DNA of 28,134 nt from a virus. Lineage: Duplodnaviria > Caudoviricetes. The notes below the pieces were generated by a model, which was not told the DNA's origin, ran no database searches, and saw only the letters and a program-made list of their open reading frames with translations. Numbering within the stretch: position 1 is the first letter of the stretch; each line of letters starts with the position of its first letter. Both the position numbers and the translations under genes were made by a program. Positions 8,240-16,632 of this stretch are shown in pieces. Where the stretch lies: positions 1 to 28,134 of IMG/VR virus record IMGVR_UViG_3300032216_000831. The stretch is one strand, 5' to 3'.

Positions 8240-9846
8240 TGGGAGTTCAAGGGCAACCTAAGAAGTCATTAAAAGAAATAATACTCGAAGAATATCGTAA
8301 ATGTGGGCAAGACCCAATTTACTTTATGAAAAAGTATTGTATCATTCAGCACCCGGTGAGAGGAAAAATACCCTTTCACCTTTATCCGTTTCAGGAGGAT
8401 TGTTTAACCGATTTTAAAGATAATCGTTTTAATATTATTCTTAAATCTCGTCAATTGGGTTTATCAACTCTTTCGGCAGGATTTATTCTTTGGAAAATGT
8501 TATTTAATCAAGATTATAATGCATTGGTAATTGCAACAAAAGTAACTGTAGCAAAAAATTTAGTTGAAAAAGTAAGAGTGATGCATGATTTACTACCTAT
8601 CTGGTTAAGAGATGGTGGTAATAGTTCAGTAGAAGATAATAAACTTTCCCTTAAATTAAAAAATGGTTCACAAGTAAAAGCAATCGCAAGTTCTCCAGAC
8701 GCAGGTCGTTCGGAGGCCCTATCATTATTGGTGGTAGATGAGGCAGCATTCATTAGAGATATTGATGAAATTTGGTTATCTGCACAATCTACATTATCAA
8801 CGGGTGGTTCTGCAATTGTATTATCTACTCCAAATGGTGTAGGTAATTGGTTTCATAAAATGTGGGTAGAAGCAGAAAGTGGTGCAAACGGATTTAATAA
8901 TATAAATTTACATTGGACTGTTCATCCAGAAAGAAATCAATTATGGAGAGATGAACAAACGCGTATATTAGGGGTTAAAGGTGCAGCACAAGAATGTGAT
9001 TGTGACTTTGTAAGTTCAGGAGATACAGTTGTAGACCCTCAATTACTTTTATGGTACAAAGATACCTATGTTATGGAACCTGTTGAAAAAGGAGGATTTG
9101 ACGGTAACTATTGGAAATGGGAACATCCAAATTATAATAGAAGTTATATGGTTGTTGCCGATGTCGCTAGAGGTGATGGTTCGGATTATTCTACATTTCA
9201 AGTTATTGATATCGAAGATAGTTCACAAGCTGCAGAATATAGAGGTAAAATTGAAACAAAAGATTTTGGTAATTTTTTAGTAGCAGTTGCAACCGAATGG
9301 AATAATGCATTATTAGTAATAGAAAACTCAAATGTAGGATGGGCAACTATTCAACAAGTAATTGATAGAGGGTATGGTAATTTATTTTATATGAGTAATG
9401 ATTTAAAATATATTGATGTTGAAAAACAAATGTCTAATAAATTTTATAGAGATGAAAAACAAATGGTTGCGGGTTTTGGAACAACTACAAAGACAAGACC
9501 GCTCATTATTTCTACATTAGATACATACATAAACAACAAAGATATACTGATTCGTTCGGTTAGATTGATAGATGAATTATTTACATTTATTTGGAATGGT
9601 GGTAGAGCAGAAGCAATGAAAGGATATAATGATGACCTTACAATGGCATTAGCAATCGGACTTTGGGTTCGTAATACTGCACTTCGTTTAAAGCAAGAAG
9701 GGATTGATTTGACCAAACAAATGTTAAATTCAACACAAGTAAATCAATATACAGGTTTTACAACTACAAATTATTTAAAACAAAATCCATATGAAATGGA
9801 TTTGGGAAAAGGTGAAAAAGAAAACTTAACCTGGTTAATTGGTTAA
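8239..9846 (+). CDS. terL: Terminase large subunit (T4 gp17-like)
   Basis: LYPFQ adenine motif, Walker A KSRQLGLST, Walker B LLVVDEAAF, STPNG coupling motif, and RNase H-fold ADVARGDGSDYS and NDDLTMA. Confidence 0.97.
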   Translation: MGVQGQPKKSLKEIILEEYRKCGQDPIYFMKKYCIIQHPVRGKIPFHLYPFQEDCLTDFKDNRFNIILKSRQLGLSTLSAGFILWKMLFNQDYNALVIATKVTVAKNLVEKVRVMHDLLPIWLRDGGNSSVEDNKLSLKLKNGSQVKAIASSPDAGRSEALSLLVVDEAAFIRDIDEIWLSAQSTLSTGGSAIVLSTPNGVGNWFHKMWVEAESGANGFNNINLHWTVHPERNQLWRDEQTRILGVKGAAQECDCDFVSSGDTVVDPQLLLWYKDTYVMEPVEKGGFDGNYWKWEHPNYNRSYMVVADVARGDGSDYSTFQVIDIEDSSQAAEYRGKIETKDFGNFLVAVATEWNNALLVIENSNVGWATIQQVIDRGYGNLFYMSNDLKYIDVEKQMSNKFYRDEKQMVAGFGTTTKTRPLIISTLDTYINNKDILIRSVRLIDELFTFIWNGGRAEAMKGYNDDLTMALAIGLWVRNTALRLKQEGIDLTKQMLNSTQVNQYTGFTTTNYLKQNPYEMDLGKGEKENLTWLIG

Positions 9847-9852
9847 TTCTTT

Positions 9853-9861
9853 ATATTTATA
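9853..9861 (+). promoter_or_regulatory. ATATTTATA motif, candidate late promoter
   Basis: Exact motif in the spacer between terL and ORF 9889. Confidence 0.6.
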
Positions 9862-9888
9862 TGTTGAAACTATTATAATACAAAAATT

Positions 9889-10770
9889 ATGAAATTAATA
9901 AATTTAGTACCATTCAAAGAAGCTGCAAATGCTGCACAACAAGCTGCTATTGCAATTAATATGAAAAAAAAAGGTATAAAACCTAAAGATGAAGCAAAAG
10001 GCCCGTGTTGGCAAGGATATAAACAAGTTGGAATGAAAGGAAAAGGTGGCAAACAAGTACCAAATTGTGTTCCTATAAGTGAAAGTGAAATAAACGAAAC
10101 AACAGGTAGAGAAGCAAAAGAAATTGCTAAATTAACCGGCACACGTGATAGTATGGTACAAAAATTTATAGATGATTTTAATTTAAACGCTAAAAACCTT
10201 TTTAATTTTATAGCTAAAGGAAAAGAAAAAGTTAGAAAAGATTTTGCAACCGCAATGTCAGGAAGACCTGGTAATAAATATCAAGGTGATTTTGTAGGTA
10301 TGTTTGGTGAAAGTGAAGTATCTGCAACAGGCCAGCCTGGTGGATATTTTAAAGAAGAAACTTGTCCAGATTGTGGTAAAAAAATGGAACAATGTGAATG
10401 TGGTATGTATGAAGGTAATGATGATGATTATGATGAATTGGATGTTGAACCAGAAGAAATTGATGATTTTATTGATTTTTTAAAAGCATATAAAAATACA
10501 TTAGATGAAGGTGGATGTCCATGTCTTTATGAAGCAGAATATCAAGGAAGAGATGTTAAATTAGGACATCCGATGCAAGGTGATGTTAAAAAGTTTAAAG
10601 TATATGTAAAAAATCCTGCAGGAAATGTTGTTAAAGTAAACTTCGGCCAAAAAGGAATGAAAATTAGAAAATCAAACCCAGCTGCAAGAAAATCATTTAG
10701 AGCAAGAATGAATTGTGATAATCCAGGCCCTAGAACAAAAGCAAACTATTGGAGTTGTAGAAAATGGTAA
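9889..10770 (+). CDS. Modular basic/acidic protein, probable internal head protein
   Basis: Short modules (AQQAAIAINMKKKG; PCWQGYKQVG...VPNCVP; CPDCG...CEC; basic C-terminal RKSFRARMNC...ANYWSCRKW) separated by x-x-E sites. It lies between terminase and portal. Confidence 0.6.
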   Translation: MKLINLVPFKEAANAAQQAAIAINMKKKGIKPKDEAKGPCWQGYKQVGMKGKGGKQVPNCVPISESEINETTGREAKEIAKLTGTRDSMVQKFIDDFNLNAKNLFNFIAKGKEKVRKDFATAMSGRPGNKYQGDFVGMFGESEVSATGQPGGYFKEETCPDCGKKMEQCECGMYEGNDDDYDELDVEPEEIDDFIDFLKAYKNTLDEGGCPCLYEAEYQGRDVKLGHPMQGDVKKFKVYVKNPAGNVVKVNFGQKGMKIRKSNPAARKSFRARMNCDNPGPRTKANYWSCRKW

Positions 10771-10825
10771 ATTTGGAAAAATCAAAAATTTTCCATATAT
10801 TTAACTAAATAGAACTATATTAAAA

Positions 10826-12577
10826 ATGGCAGACAAATCAATATTAAGTAGGTTACAGAAATTATTTTCAACAAACACAATAGTTAGAAAAACTAAGGAA
10901 GGTGTTAAAGTAATTGACTTTGACGAACATCAATCAATGACAACCAATTTGGTTGACAGATTTATGAAATTAAAAGTTTCTAATTACGGAACAGGTAATA
11001 TAGAAGCATCATTAGCATATCAACAAGTAAGAATAGATTTATTTAGAGATTACGATTCAATGGATATGGACCCGATACTATCATCAGCATTAGATATTTA
11101 CGCAGATGAATGTACTACAAAAAATGAACATGGTAATATGTTAAAAATACACCATGAAGATGACCATATAAAACAAGTATTAGAAAATTTATTTTACGAT
11201 GTTCTCAATATTGAATTTAATTTATGGCCATGGGTTAGAAATTTAGTTAAATATGGTGATTTATTTTTAGAATTAGAAATTGCAGATGAAGAAGGTATTG
11301 GTGTTATAAATGCTATGCCACTATCATCATATGAAGTTTCTAGAGTAGAAGGATTTGACCCAAAAAATCCACAAAGAGTAAAATTTGTATATTCTCCATA
11401 TCAAAATCCATTAGGTGGATATGGTCAAACTCCAAAGAAAGAATTTGAAAATTATGAAATTGCTCACTTTAGATTAAATAATGATGCAAACTTTTTACCT
11501 TACGGAAAATCAATGTTAGAAGGTGGCAGAAGAGTTTGGAAACAAATTATGTTAATGGAAGATGCGATGTTAATCCATCGTATTATGAGAGCACCTGAAA
11601 AAAGAATATTTAAAATTGATGTAGGTAATATTCCACCAAATGAAGTGGATAACTACATGCAAAAAATTATCAATTCATCTAAAAAAGTTCCATTTGTTGA
11701 TGAAAGAACTGGTGAATATAATTTAAAATATAATGTTCAAAACCTTATTGAAGATTATTATATGCCTGTAAGAGGTAATGATAATGGTACTTCAATTGAT
11801 ACATTGAAAGGATTGGAATATGATATGATTCCTGATTTGGATTATTTGAAGAATAAATTAATGGCATCTTTAAAAATTCCAAAAGCATTTTTAGGATATT
11901 CGGAAGATACAAATGGTAAAGCAACTTTAGCAGCAATGGATATCCGTTTTGCTAAAACAATCGAAAGAATACAAAAAGTATTAATATCAGAATTAACAAA
12001 AGTTGCAATTGTACATTTATATGCACAAGGAATTAATGATGAAAGATTGACAGATTTTACTTTAGAATTAACTATACCATCCAAAATATACGAACAAGAA
12101 CAAGTTGAATTATATGCATCAAAAGTACAATTGTTACAACAAATGCAACAAACCAAAATGTTCTCTAAAGAATGGATGTATGAAGCAATTATGAAGCTGG
12201 CAAAAGATGAGCAAGATGAATTAACATTACAAATATTAGATGATACTAAACAAAATTTCCGTTTAACATCAATTGAAACACAGGGTGTTGACCCGGCAAA
12301 AGAAACAGGTACCGAAGGCCCTACAAATGTAGAAGAAGAATTAACTAAATTAAAAGAAGATTTAGAAGAAGAAGGGCAGGTAGGTAGACCCAAAGACCCC
12401 GTTAGATATGGTCATGATGACCATCCTGAAGGAAGAGACCCATTGGGAATTAAAACTTTAAAACAAAAAGAAGATTCTGTAAAATACAAACCAAGAAAAA
12501 GTTCATATTTTGAAATATTTAAAGATATGGATGGTAATAAAAAGACTATTTTAACCGAAGATTTGACAAAAGAGTAA
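10826..12577 (+). CDS. Portal protein (T4 gp20-like)
   Basis: LMEDAMLIHRIMRAPEKRIFKIDVGNIP, EDYYMPVRG, TSIDTLKG and LKIPKAFL are gp20-family signatures. Confidence 0.96.
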   Translation: MADKSILSRLQKLFSTNTIVRKTKEGVKVIDFDEHQSMTTNLVDRFMKLKVSNYGTGNIEASLAYQQVRIDLFRDYDSMDMDPILSSALDIYADECTTKNEHGNMLKIHHEDDHIKQVLENLFYDVLNIEFNLWPWVRNLVKYGDLFLELEIADEEGIGVINAMPLSSYEVSRVEGFDPKNPQRVKFVYSPYQNPLGGYGQTPKKEFENYEIAHFRLNNDANFLPYGKSMLEGGRRVWKQIMLMEDAMLIHRIMRAPEKRIFKIDVGNIPPNEVDNYMQKIINSSKKVPFVDERTGEYNLKYNVQNLIEDYYMPVRGNDNGTSIDTLKGLEYDMIPDLDYLKNKLMASLKIPKAFLGYSEDTNGKATLAAMDIRFAKTIERIQKVLISELTKVAIVHLYAQGINDERLTDFTLELTIPSKIYEQEQVELYASKVQLLQQMQQTKMFSKEWMYEAIMKLAKDEQDELTLQILDDTKQNFRLTSIETQGVDPAKETGTEGPTNVEEELTKLKEDLEEEGQVGRPKDPVRYGHDDHPEGRDPLGIKTLKQKEDSVKYKPRKSSYFEIFKDMDGNKKTILTEDLTKE

Positions 12578-12594
12578 TAAACTACCAAAAAAAG

Positions 12595-12603
12595 ATATTT
12601 ATA
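12595..12603 (+). promoter_or_regulatory. ATATTTATA motif, candidate late promoter
   Basis: Exact motif in the spacer after the portal gene. Confidence 0.6.
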
Positions 12604-12624
12604 TCCGAATAATTGTATCAATTA

Positions 12625-13497
12625 ATGAAAAAAATAAAACACTCGAAGTTTAAAAATACTGGATTCATATTTGAATTATTAGTAAGACAAATTACATCAG
12701 AAATTATGTCTGCAAATAAATCGGTAGCTGAAAAAATTTTAAAAGAACATTTTAATTCTAAAAAAGAATTATCAAAAGAATTAAAATTATATCAATACCT
12801 TATTAATGAAAAATATAATTCAGAATCAAAAGCTGAACAATTTATTAATACAATATTAGAAGCTCGTAAAAAGATAGATGAGAAAAAACTTATAAAAGAA
12901 AAATATAATCTTATAAAAGAAATTAAAGAAACTTATAATTTAGATGATTTTATTAAATCTCCAATTTCTAATTATAAGACATTAGCATCTATTTATAAAA
13001 TATTTGAAACTGTAACAACCGATGACCAATACGACCCAACTGATATAGTTTCATCTAGATTTACAATTGCAGAAAATATTATTAATTCTTCAATTCAAAA
13101 TAAAGATGTAAAGGTTAAAGATGCGGTGTTAGAACAATATAGAAAACAAGATGATGATTTAAGAGTAGTTTCGTATAAGTTATTAGTAGAATCATTTAAT
13201 AAAAAATATAAAAATCTTACTGAGGAACAAAAAGAATTATTAAGAGAGTATATTAATAACATAAATAATACCGGAAAATTAAACGAATATGTTGGCAAAG
13301 AAGTTTTAAATTTGATTGCATCTTTAAAAGAAATTAGCTCAAAAATTACAGACAAAGTAACTAAAATTAAATTAGCAGAAACAATTGCAAATATTAAAAA
13401 AGTTAAATCTGTAAAAAAAATTAAAGAACAACATTTATCCGCTTTAATGATGTCCTATGAATTAGTAAAAGAATTAAAAGAATCAATTAAAAAATAA
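12625..13497 (+). CDS. Helical hypothetical protein, probably involved in head assembly (start revised to ATG 12625)
   Basis: The ORF track uses TTG 12613; ATG 12625 gives MKKIKHSKFKNTG. It is Lys/Glu-rich and helical, and lies directly after the portal gene. Confidence 0.7.
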   Translation: MKKIKHSKFKNTGFIFELLVRQITSEIMSANKSVAEKILKEHFNSKKELSKELKLYQYLINEKYNSESKAEQFINTILEARKKIDEKKLIKEKYNLIKEIKETYNLDDFIKSPISNYKTLASIYKIFETVTTDDQYDPTDIVSSRFTIAENIINSSIQNKDVKVKDAVLEQYRKQDDDLRVVSYKLLVESFNKKYKNLTEEQKELLREYINNINNTGKLNEYVGKEVLNLIASLKEISSKITDKVTKIKLAETIANIKKVKSVKKIKEQHLSALMMSYELVKELKESIKK

Positions 13498-13500
13498 AAA

Positions 13501-13755
13501 ATGACAAATTATAGAATTGCAAGAGTAGATAATTTTGTATCATCAAGTCAATGGCAGCCATTAGGTAATAATACAACAGGGTCTTTAAGTAAAGCTTGGG
13601 GTGTAATGGTTCCATATGGTGCAACAACTACCGGTAATGTTAGTTTGAATGGTGGAGCAGATTTATATTTAAATCAATTAATACCTGGACAAATATATCC
13701 ATGTTATCCAACTGCAATTAGAGTATCATCAGGTACGGGTTCAGTATTATCATAA
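13501..13755 (+). CDS. Small beta-rich protein, candidate capsid decoration protein
   Basis: 84 aa, Gly/Ser/Thr-rich and nearly uncharged, ending PGQIYPCYPTAIRVSSGTGSVLS. It sits in the head cluster. Confidence 0.5.
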   Translation: MTNYRIARVDNFVSSSQWQPLGNNTTGSLSKAWGVMVPYGATTTGNVSLNGGADLYLNQLIPGQIYPCYPTAIRVSSGTGSVLS

Positions 13756-13773
13756 AATTAAACGGACAACAAA

Positions 13774-14370
13774 ATGCCAGCAGTATCAAAAGCACAACAA
13801 AGATTTATGGGTATGGTTCACGCCGCACAAAAAGGTGATATGGAAAATCCATCTCCTGAAGTAGAAAAAGCAGCGGACTCTATGAAAAAGAAAGATGCAA
13901 AAGATTTTGCATCAACTTCTCATAAAGGATTACCTGACCACAAAGAAGAACAAATAAATAAACTTAAAGAAGTCATTCGTAAAATGGTAAGAGAAAGAAT
14001 GATTGAAGAAGAATCTGCAACTGGAAATGTAGATGGATATAATACACCATTTGCATTTAGTGCAAAAGGTAGTGAAAAAAAGAAAGCTAAAAAACAAGCA
14101 GATTTAACAGGATATACTCCAGTTAATGAAAATAGATGGTTAGCATTAAAAAATGAAGAATCTTCTGCAGAATCTAAAATTGGTAGAGGTATTTCTAATA
14201 TCAATAAACAATTAGCAGAAATGGAAAGATTTCTTAATTGGTATGGTAAAATTAAGAACGAAAGTGGAGTAGATAATAAATCTTATTGGAAAAGAACAAA
14301 TGGTCATATTTATAGTATACAAGAGAGACTTTTAAAATTAGACCAAAAAATTAGACAAATATCAGAATAA
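13774..14370 (+). CDS. Modular probable head protein with an N-terminal DUF3008-like module
   Basis: MPAVSKAQQRFMG...DAKDFAST.HKGLP resembles DUF3008 (from memory). Further modules follow MIEE and VNE sites. Confidence 0.55.
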   Translation: MPAVSKAQQRFMGMVHAAQKGDMENPSPEVEKAADSMKKKDAKDFASTSHKGLPDHKEEQINKLKEVIRKMVRERMIEEESATGNVDGYNTPFAFSAKGSEKKKAKKQADLTGYTPVNENRWLALKNEESSAESKIGRGISNINKQLAEMERFLNWYGKIKNESGVDNKSYWKRTNGHIYSIQERLLKLDQKIRQISE

Positions 14371-14873
14371 TGAAACATACAGAATTAAAAGAACTTATCC
14401 GTCAAGTTGTTAAAGAAGAAAATGATTATCAACAATTATTTAAACATATGTTAGATAGAACAGGTAAGTCTATTCCAGATATGTCTGATGATGAAAAAAA
14501 GAAATTCTTTAATGCAGTAGATAAAGCTAGTAAAGCAAAATCGGAAGGCAGATTAACTGGTTTACCAGAAGAATTAACTGACAAACAAAAAGAATTAGAT
14601 GTAGATGGTGATGGTGAGATTGAAGGTTCTGATTTAGCAGCTTTAAGAAAAGATAAAACAAACGAAGCAAGAGACTCTAACGGTAATGAATTTCCTGAAC
14701 TTGAAGATATTAAAGCAGCTGTTAAAAAAATGATTCAAAATAACGATGTTGAAAGACTTTTAAGAAATAAAGTAATTGCTTATTTACAAAAGGAAAAAGG
14801 ATTTACTGGAGCTGGTAATACAAATAGCAGTAGATTATACGATAAAGTAATAAACGATTTACTTAAACACTAA
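14370..14873 (+). CDS. Probable head protein with an EF-hand-like loop
   Basis: N-terminal ELKELIRQVVKEE helix; DVDGDGEIEGSD at 14598-14633. Confidence 0.55.
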   Translation: MKHTELKELIRQVVKEENDYQQLFKHMLDRTGKSIPDMSDDEKKKFFNAVDKASKAKSEGRLTGLPEELTDKQKELDVDGDGEIEGSDLAALRKDKTNEARDSNGNEFPELEDIKAAVKKMIQNNDVERLLRNKVIAYLQKEKGFTGAGNTNSSRLYDKVINDLLKH

Positions 14874-14880
14874 TAAAATA

Positions 14881-15471
14881 ATGAATAAAGGATTATTAAT
14901 TGAAACCCATTTGTTTGAAGCAAAACTTCAACAAGAAGAAAATGGAACTTATTTAGTTAAAGGAATCCTACAAAGAGCGGGTGCACCTAATCAAAATAAT
15001 AGAAGATATCCAAAAGACATTCTTGAAAGAGAGTGTAAAAAATACGAACAACTTATTAAAGAAAGAAGAGCTTTAGGTGAATTAGACCATCCTGAGTCTC
15101 CGGTTATTAATTTAAAAAATGTATCACATAACATTAGAGAAATCTATTGGGATGGTGATGATGTGTGTGGAGTAGTAGAAATACTTTCAACACCATCAGG
15201 TAATATCTTAAAAGAATTATTAAAAAATAATATTCGTTTAGGTATTAGTAGTAGAGGTTTGGGTTCAGTAAAAGAAATGAATGATGGTACGGTAGTGGTT
15301 CAACCTGATTTCGAATTAGTGGGTTGGGATTTTGTTTCTAATCCATCTACACATGGAGCATTTATGGCACCTTTACAAGAATCAAAGCAATGGAAACAAA
15401 TTGCAGAAGAATGTGGTAAGTGGTGTAAGTCACAAGATTTGATGAGAGAAATTATGATAGAATTAAATTAA
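14881..15471 (+). CDS. Prohead core protease (T4 gp21-like)
   Basis: NQNNRRYP, ALGELDHP (catalytic His), GISSRGLGS (catalytic Ser) and WDFVSNPS. Confidence 0.96.
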   Translation: MNKGLLIETHLFEAKLQQEENGTYLVKGILQRAGAPNQNNRRYPKDILERECKKYEQLIKERRALGELDHPESPVINLKNVSHNIREIYWDGDDVCGVVEILSTPSGNILKELLKNNIRLGISSRGLGSVKEMNDGTVVVQPDFELVGWDFVSNPSTHGAFMAPLQESKQWKQIAEECGKWCKSQDLMREIMIELN

Positions 15472-15477
15472 TTAGTA

Positions 15478-15888
15478 ATGATAAAGTTAAAAGATATATT
15501 AAAAGAAACGGAAGAGTTTCAGCAATTACCAACCGAATTAAAAAAACATTTTTTGGAAATTATTTCAACTTATAACCAACATAGAGAAGGTATGAGTAGA
15601 AAATCCGATATTATGCAAGTTGCAGAAACATTAGGTGGTATTGCAGATGCGGCACAAGAATACACTTTAAGAGAAGGTGGTGATTGGTTTGATAGAGTTA
15701 CAATCAAACGTAATATGAACGAATTAAAAAAATTACAATCTGGATTTGAAAAAGAAGCAGTAGAAGCAAAGGCTCAACAACAACGATTGGAAGCACTATA
15801 TGAAGATATGGGACACGTTTTGGGTAGATACTTTGAAATAGCAGACCTATCGGAAGATGTTATGAAACAAAGACTGGGGTTAAAATAA
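15478..15888 (+). CDS. Coiled-coil hypothetical protein, probable prohead component
   Basis: 136 aa and helical, beginning MIKLKDILKE. It follows the protease gene. Confidence 0.6.
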   Translation: MIKLKDILKETEEFQQLPTELKKHFLEIISTYNQHREGMSRKSDIMQVAETLGGIADAAQEYTLREGGDWFDRVTIKRNMNELKKLQSGFEKEAVEAKAQQQRLEALYEDMGHVLGRYFEIADLSEDVMKQRLGLK

Positions 15889-15893
15889 ATAAA

Positions 15894-16265
15894 ATGGAAC
15901 AATTAGCATCATTATTTTTTCATAGTAGAACACAAGCACATGTGTTTCACTTAGGAGTAAAAGGGCCTGGAGCATTTGCAGCTCATTCTGCATTAAATAC
16001 ATACTACGATGAAATAGTAGGTTTAATTGATGGATTAGTAGAATCATACCAAGGAAAATTTGGTTTAATTAAATTTCAACCCGTAAATGGTTTAGATACA
16101 AATTGTGATGTTAAAAATATTATATCTTATTTTGAAAAATTATGTATAGCATTAGATAAGTTAAGAAAAGATGAAAAATTAAAAGCATCTTACATACAAA
16201 ATCAAATAGATGGAATTGAAGAATTATTATATTCAACAAAATATAAATTGGTTAATTTACAATAA
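15894..16265 (+). CDS. Ferritin/Dps-like four-helix protein
   Basis: HVFHL.V.G..AFAAH..L..YY......D...E spacing matches the Dps ferroxidase-centre pattern. Confidence 0.75.
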   Translation: MEQLASLFFHSRTQAHVFHLGVKGPGAFAAHSALNTYYDEIVGLIDGLVESYQGKFGLIKFQPVNGLDTNCDVKNIISYFEKLCIALDKLRKDEKLKASYIQNQIDGIEELLYSTKYKLVNLQ

Positions 16266-16268
16266 TAG

Positions 16269-16445
16269 ATGTTAGTAGTTAGTGTTAAGGGTGGAAATAT
16301 AGAATGGGCAATAAAAGATTACAAAAAAAGAGTTCAGTCTATAAAACAAATTGAAGAACTTAGGGAAAGAAAGAATTTTATTAAACCTTCAAAAAGAAAG
16401 AGGTTACAAAAAGAAGAAACTATAAGAAAAAATAAACTATTTTAG
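16269..16445 (+). CDS. rpsU: Phage-encoded ribosomal protein bS21 (58 aa), not in the ORF track
   Basis: ATG 16269 to TAG 16445 gives MLVVSVKGGNIEWAIKDYKKRVQSIKQIEELRERKNFIKPSKRKRLQKEETIRKNKLF. It shows the S21 hallmarks NIE.A++.+K+, ELR.R and F.KPS..+R. Confidence 0.92.
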   Translation: MLVVSVKGGNIEWAIKDYKKRVQSIKQIEELRERKNFIKPSKRKRLQKEETIRKNKLF

Positions 16446-16469
16446 TAGTTTTCTTTAGTTTTCTAAAAA

Positions 16470-16486
16470 AATTTGATATATATTAT
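16470..16486 (+). promoter_or_regulatory. 17-nt element AATTTGATATATATTAT, copy 2 (candidate promoter of the scaffold-capsid transcript)
   Basis: Exact repeat of 6875-6891. Confidence 0.55.
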
Positions 16487-16632
16487 CAAATATTCCATTT
16501 TTTATTATGGAATTAAAAGACATAGTTGATTAATGAATACCCTTCTCTATAAGGTGTGACCGAACAATCGACATAATTACATTGGAGTTCCTATACGAAT
16601 AACTTCACAAACAAATTTAAGGAAAAAACAAG
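16487..16632 (+). promoter_or_regulatory. Candidate structured 5' leader RNA of the scaffold gene
   Basis: Stems ATTCCAT/ATGGAAT (16492-16513), GTTGATT/AATCGAC (16525-16572) enclosing CCTT/AAGG (16541-16554), and TGGAGTT/AACTTCA (16583-16607). AAGGA lies at 16619-16623. Confidence 0.5.

Noticed and set aside
12613-12624. TTG start at 12613 given by the ORF track
   Set aside because: ATG 12625, four codons downstream, is the more plausible start.
16535-16548. GAATACCCTTCTCT as a mimic of the Bacteroidota 16S 3' tail (a bS21 decoy)
   Set aside because: The resemblance is loose, lacks the CCUCC core and is partly paired in a local stem, so it is not supportable without conservation data.
16446-16632. 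tRNA, known riboswitch or CRISPR mini-array in the long spacer
   Set aside because: No cloverleaf or T-loop consensus, no riboswitch consensus I recognise, and no repeat-spacer periodicity. The TAGTTTTCT doublet at 16446-16464 is too short.
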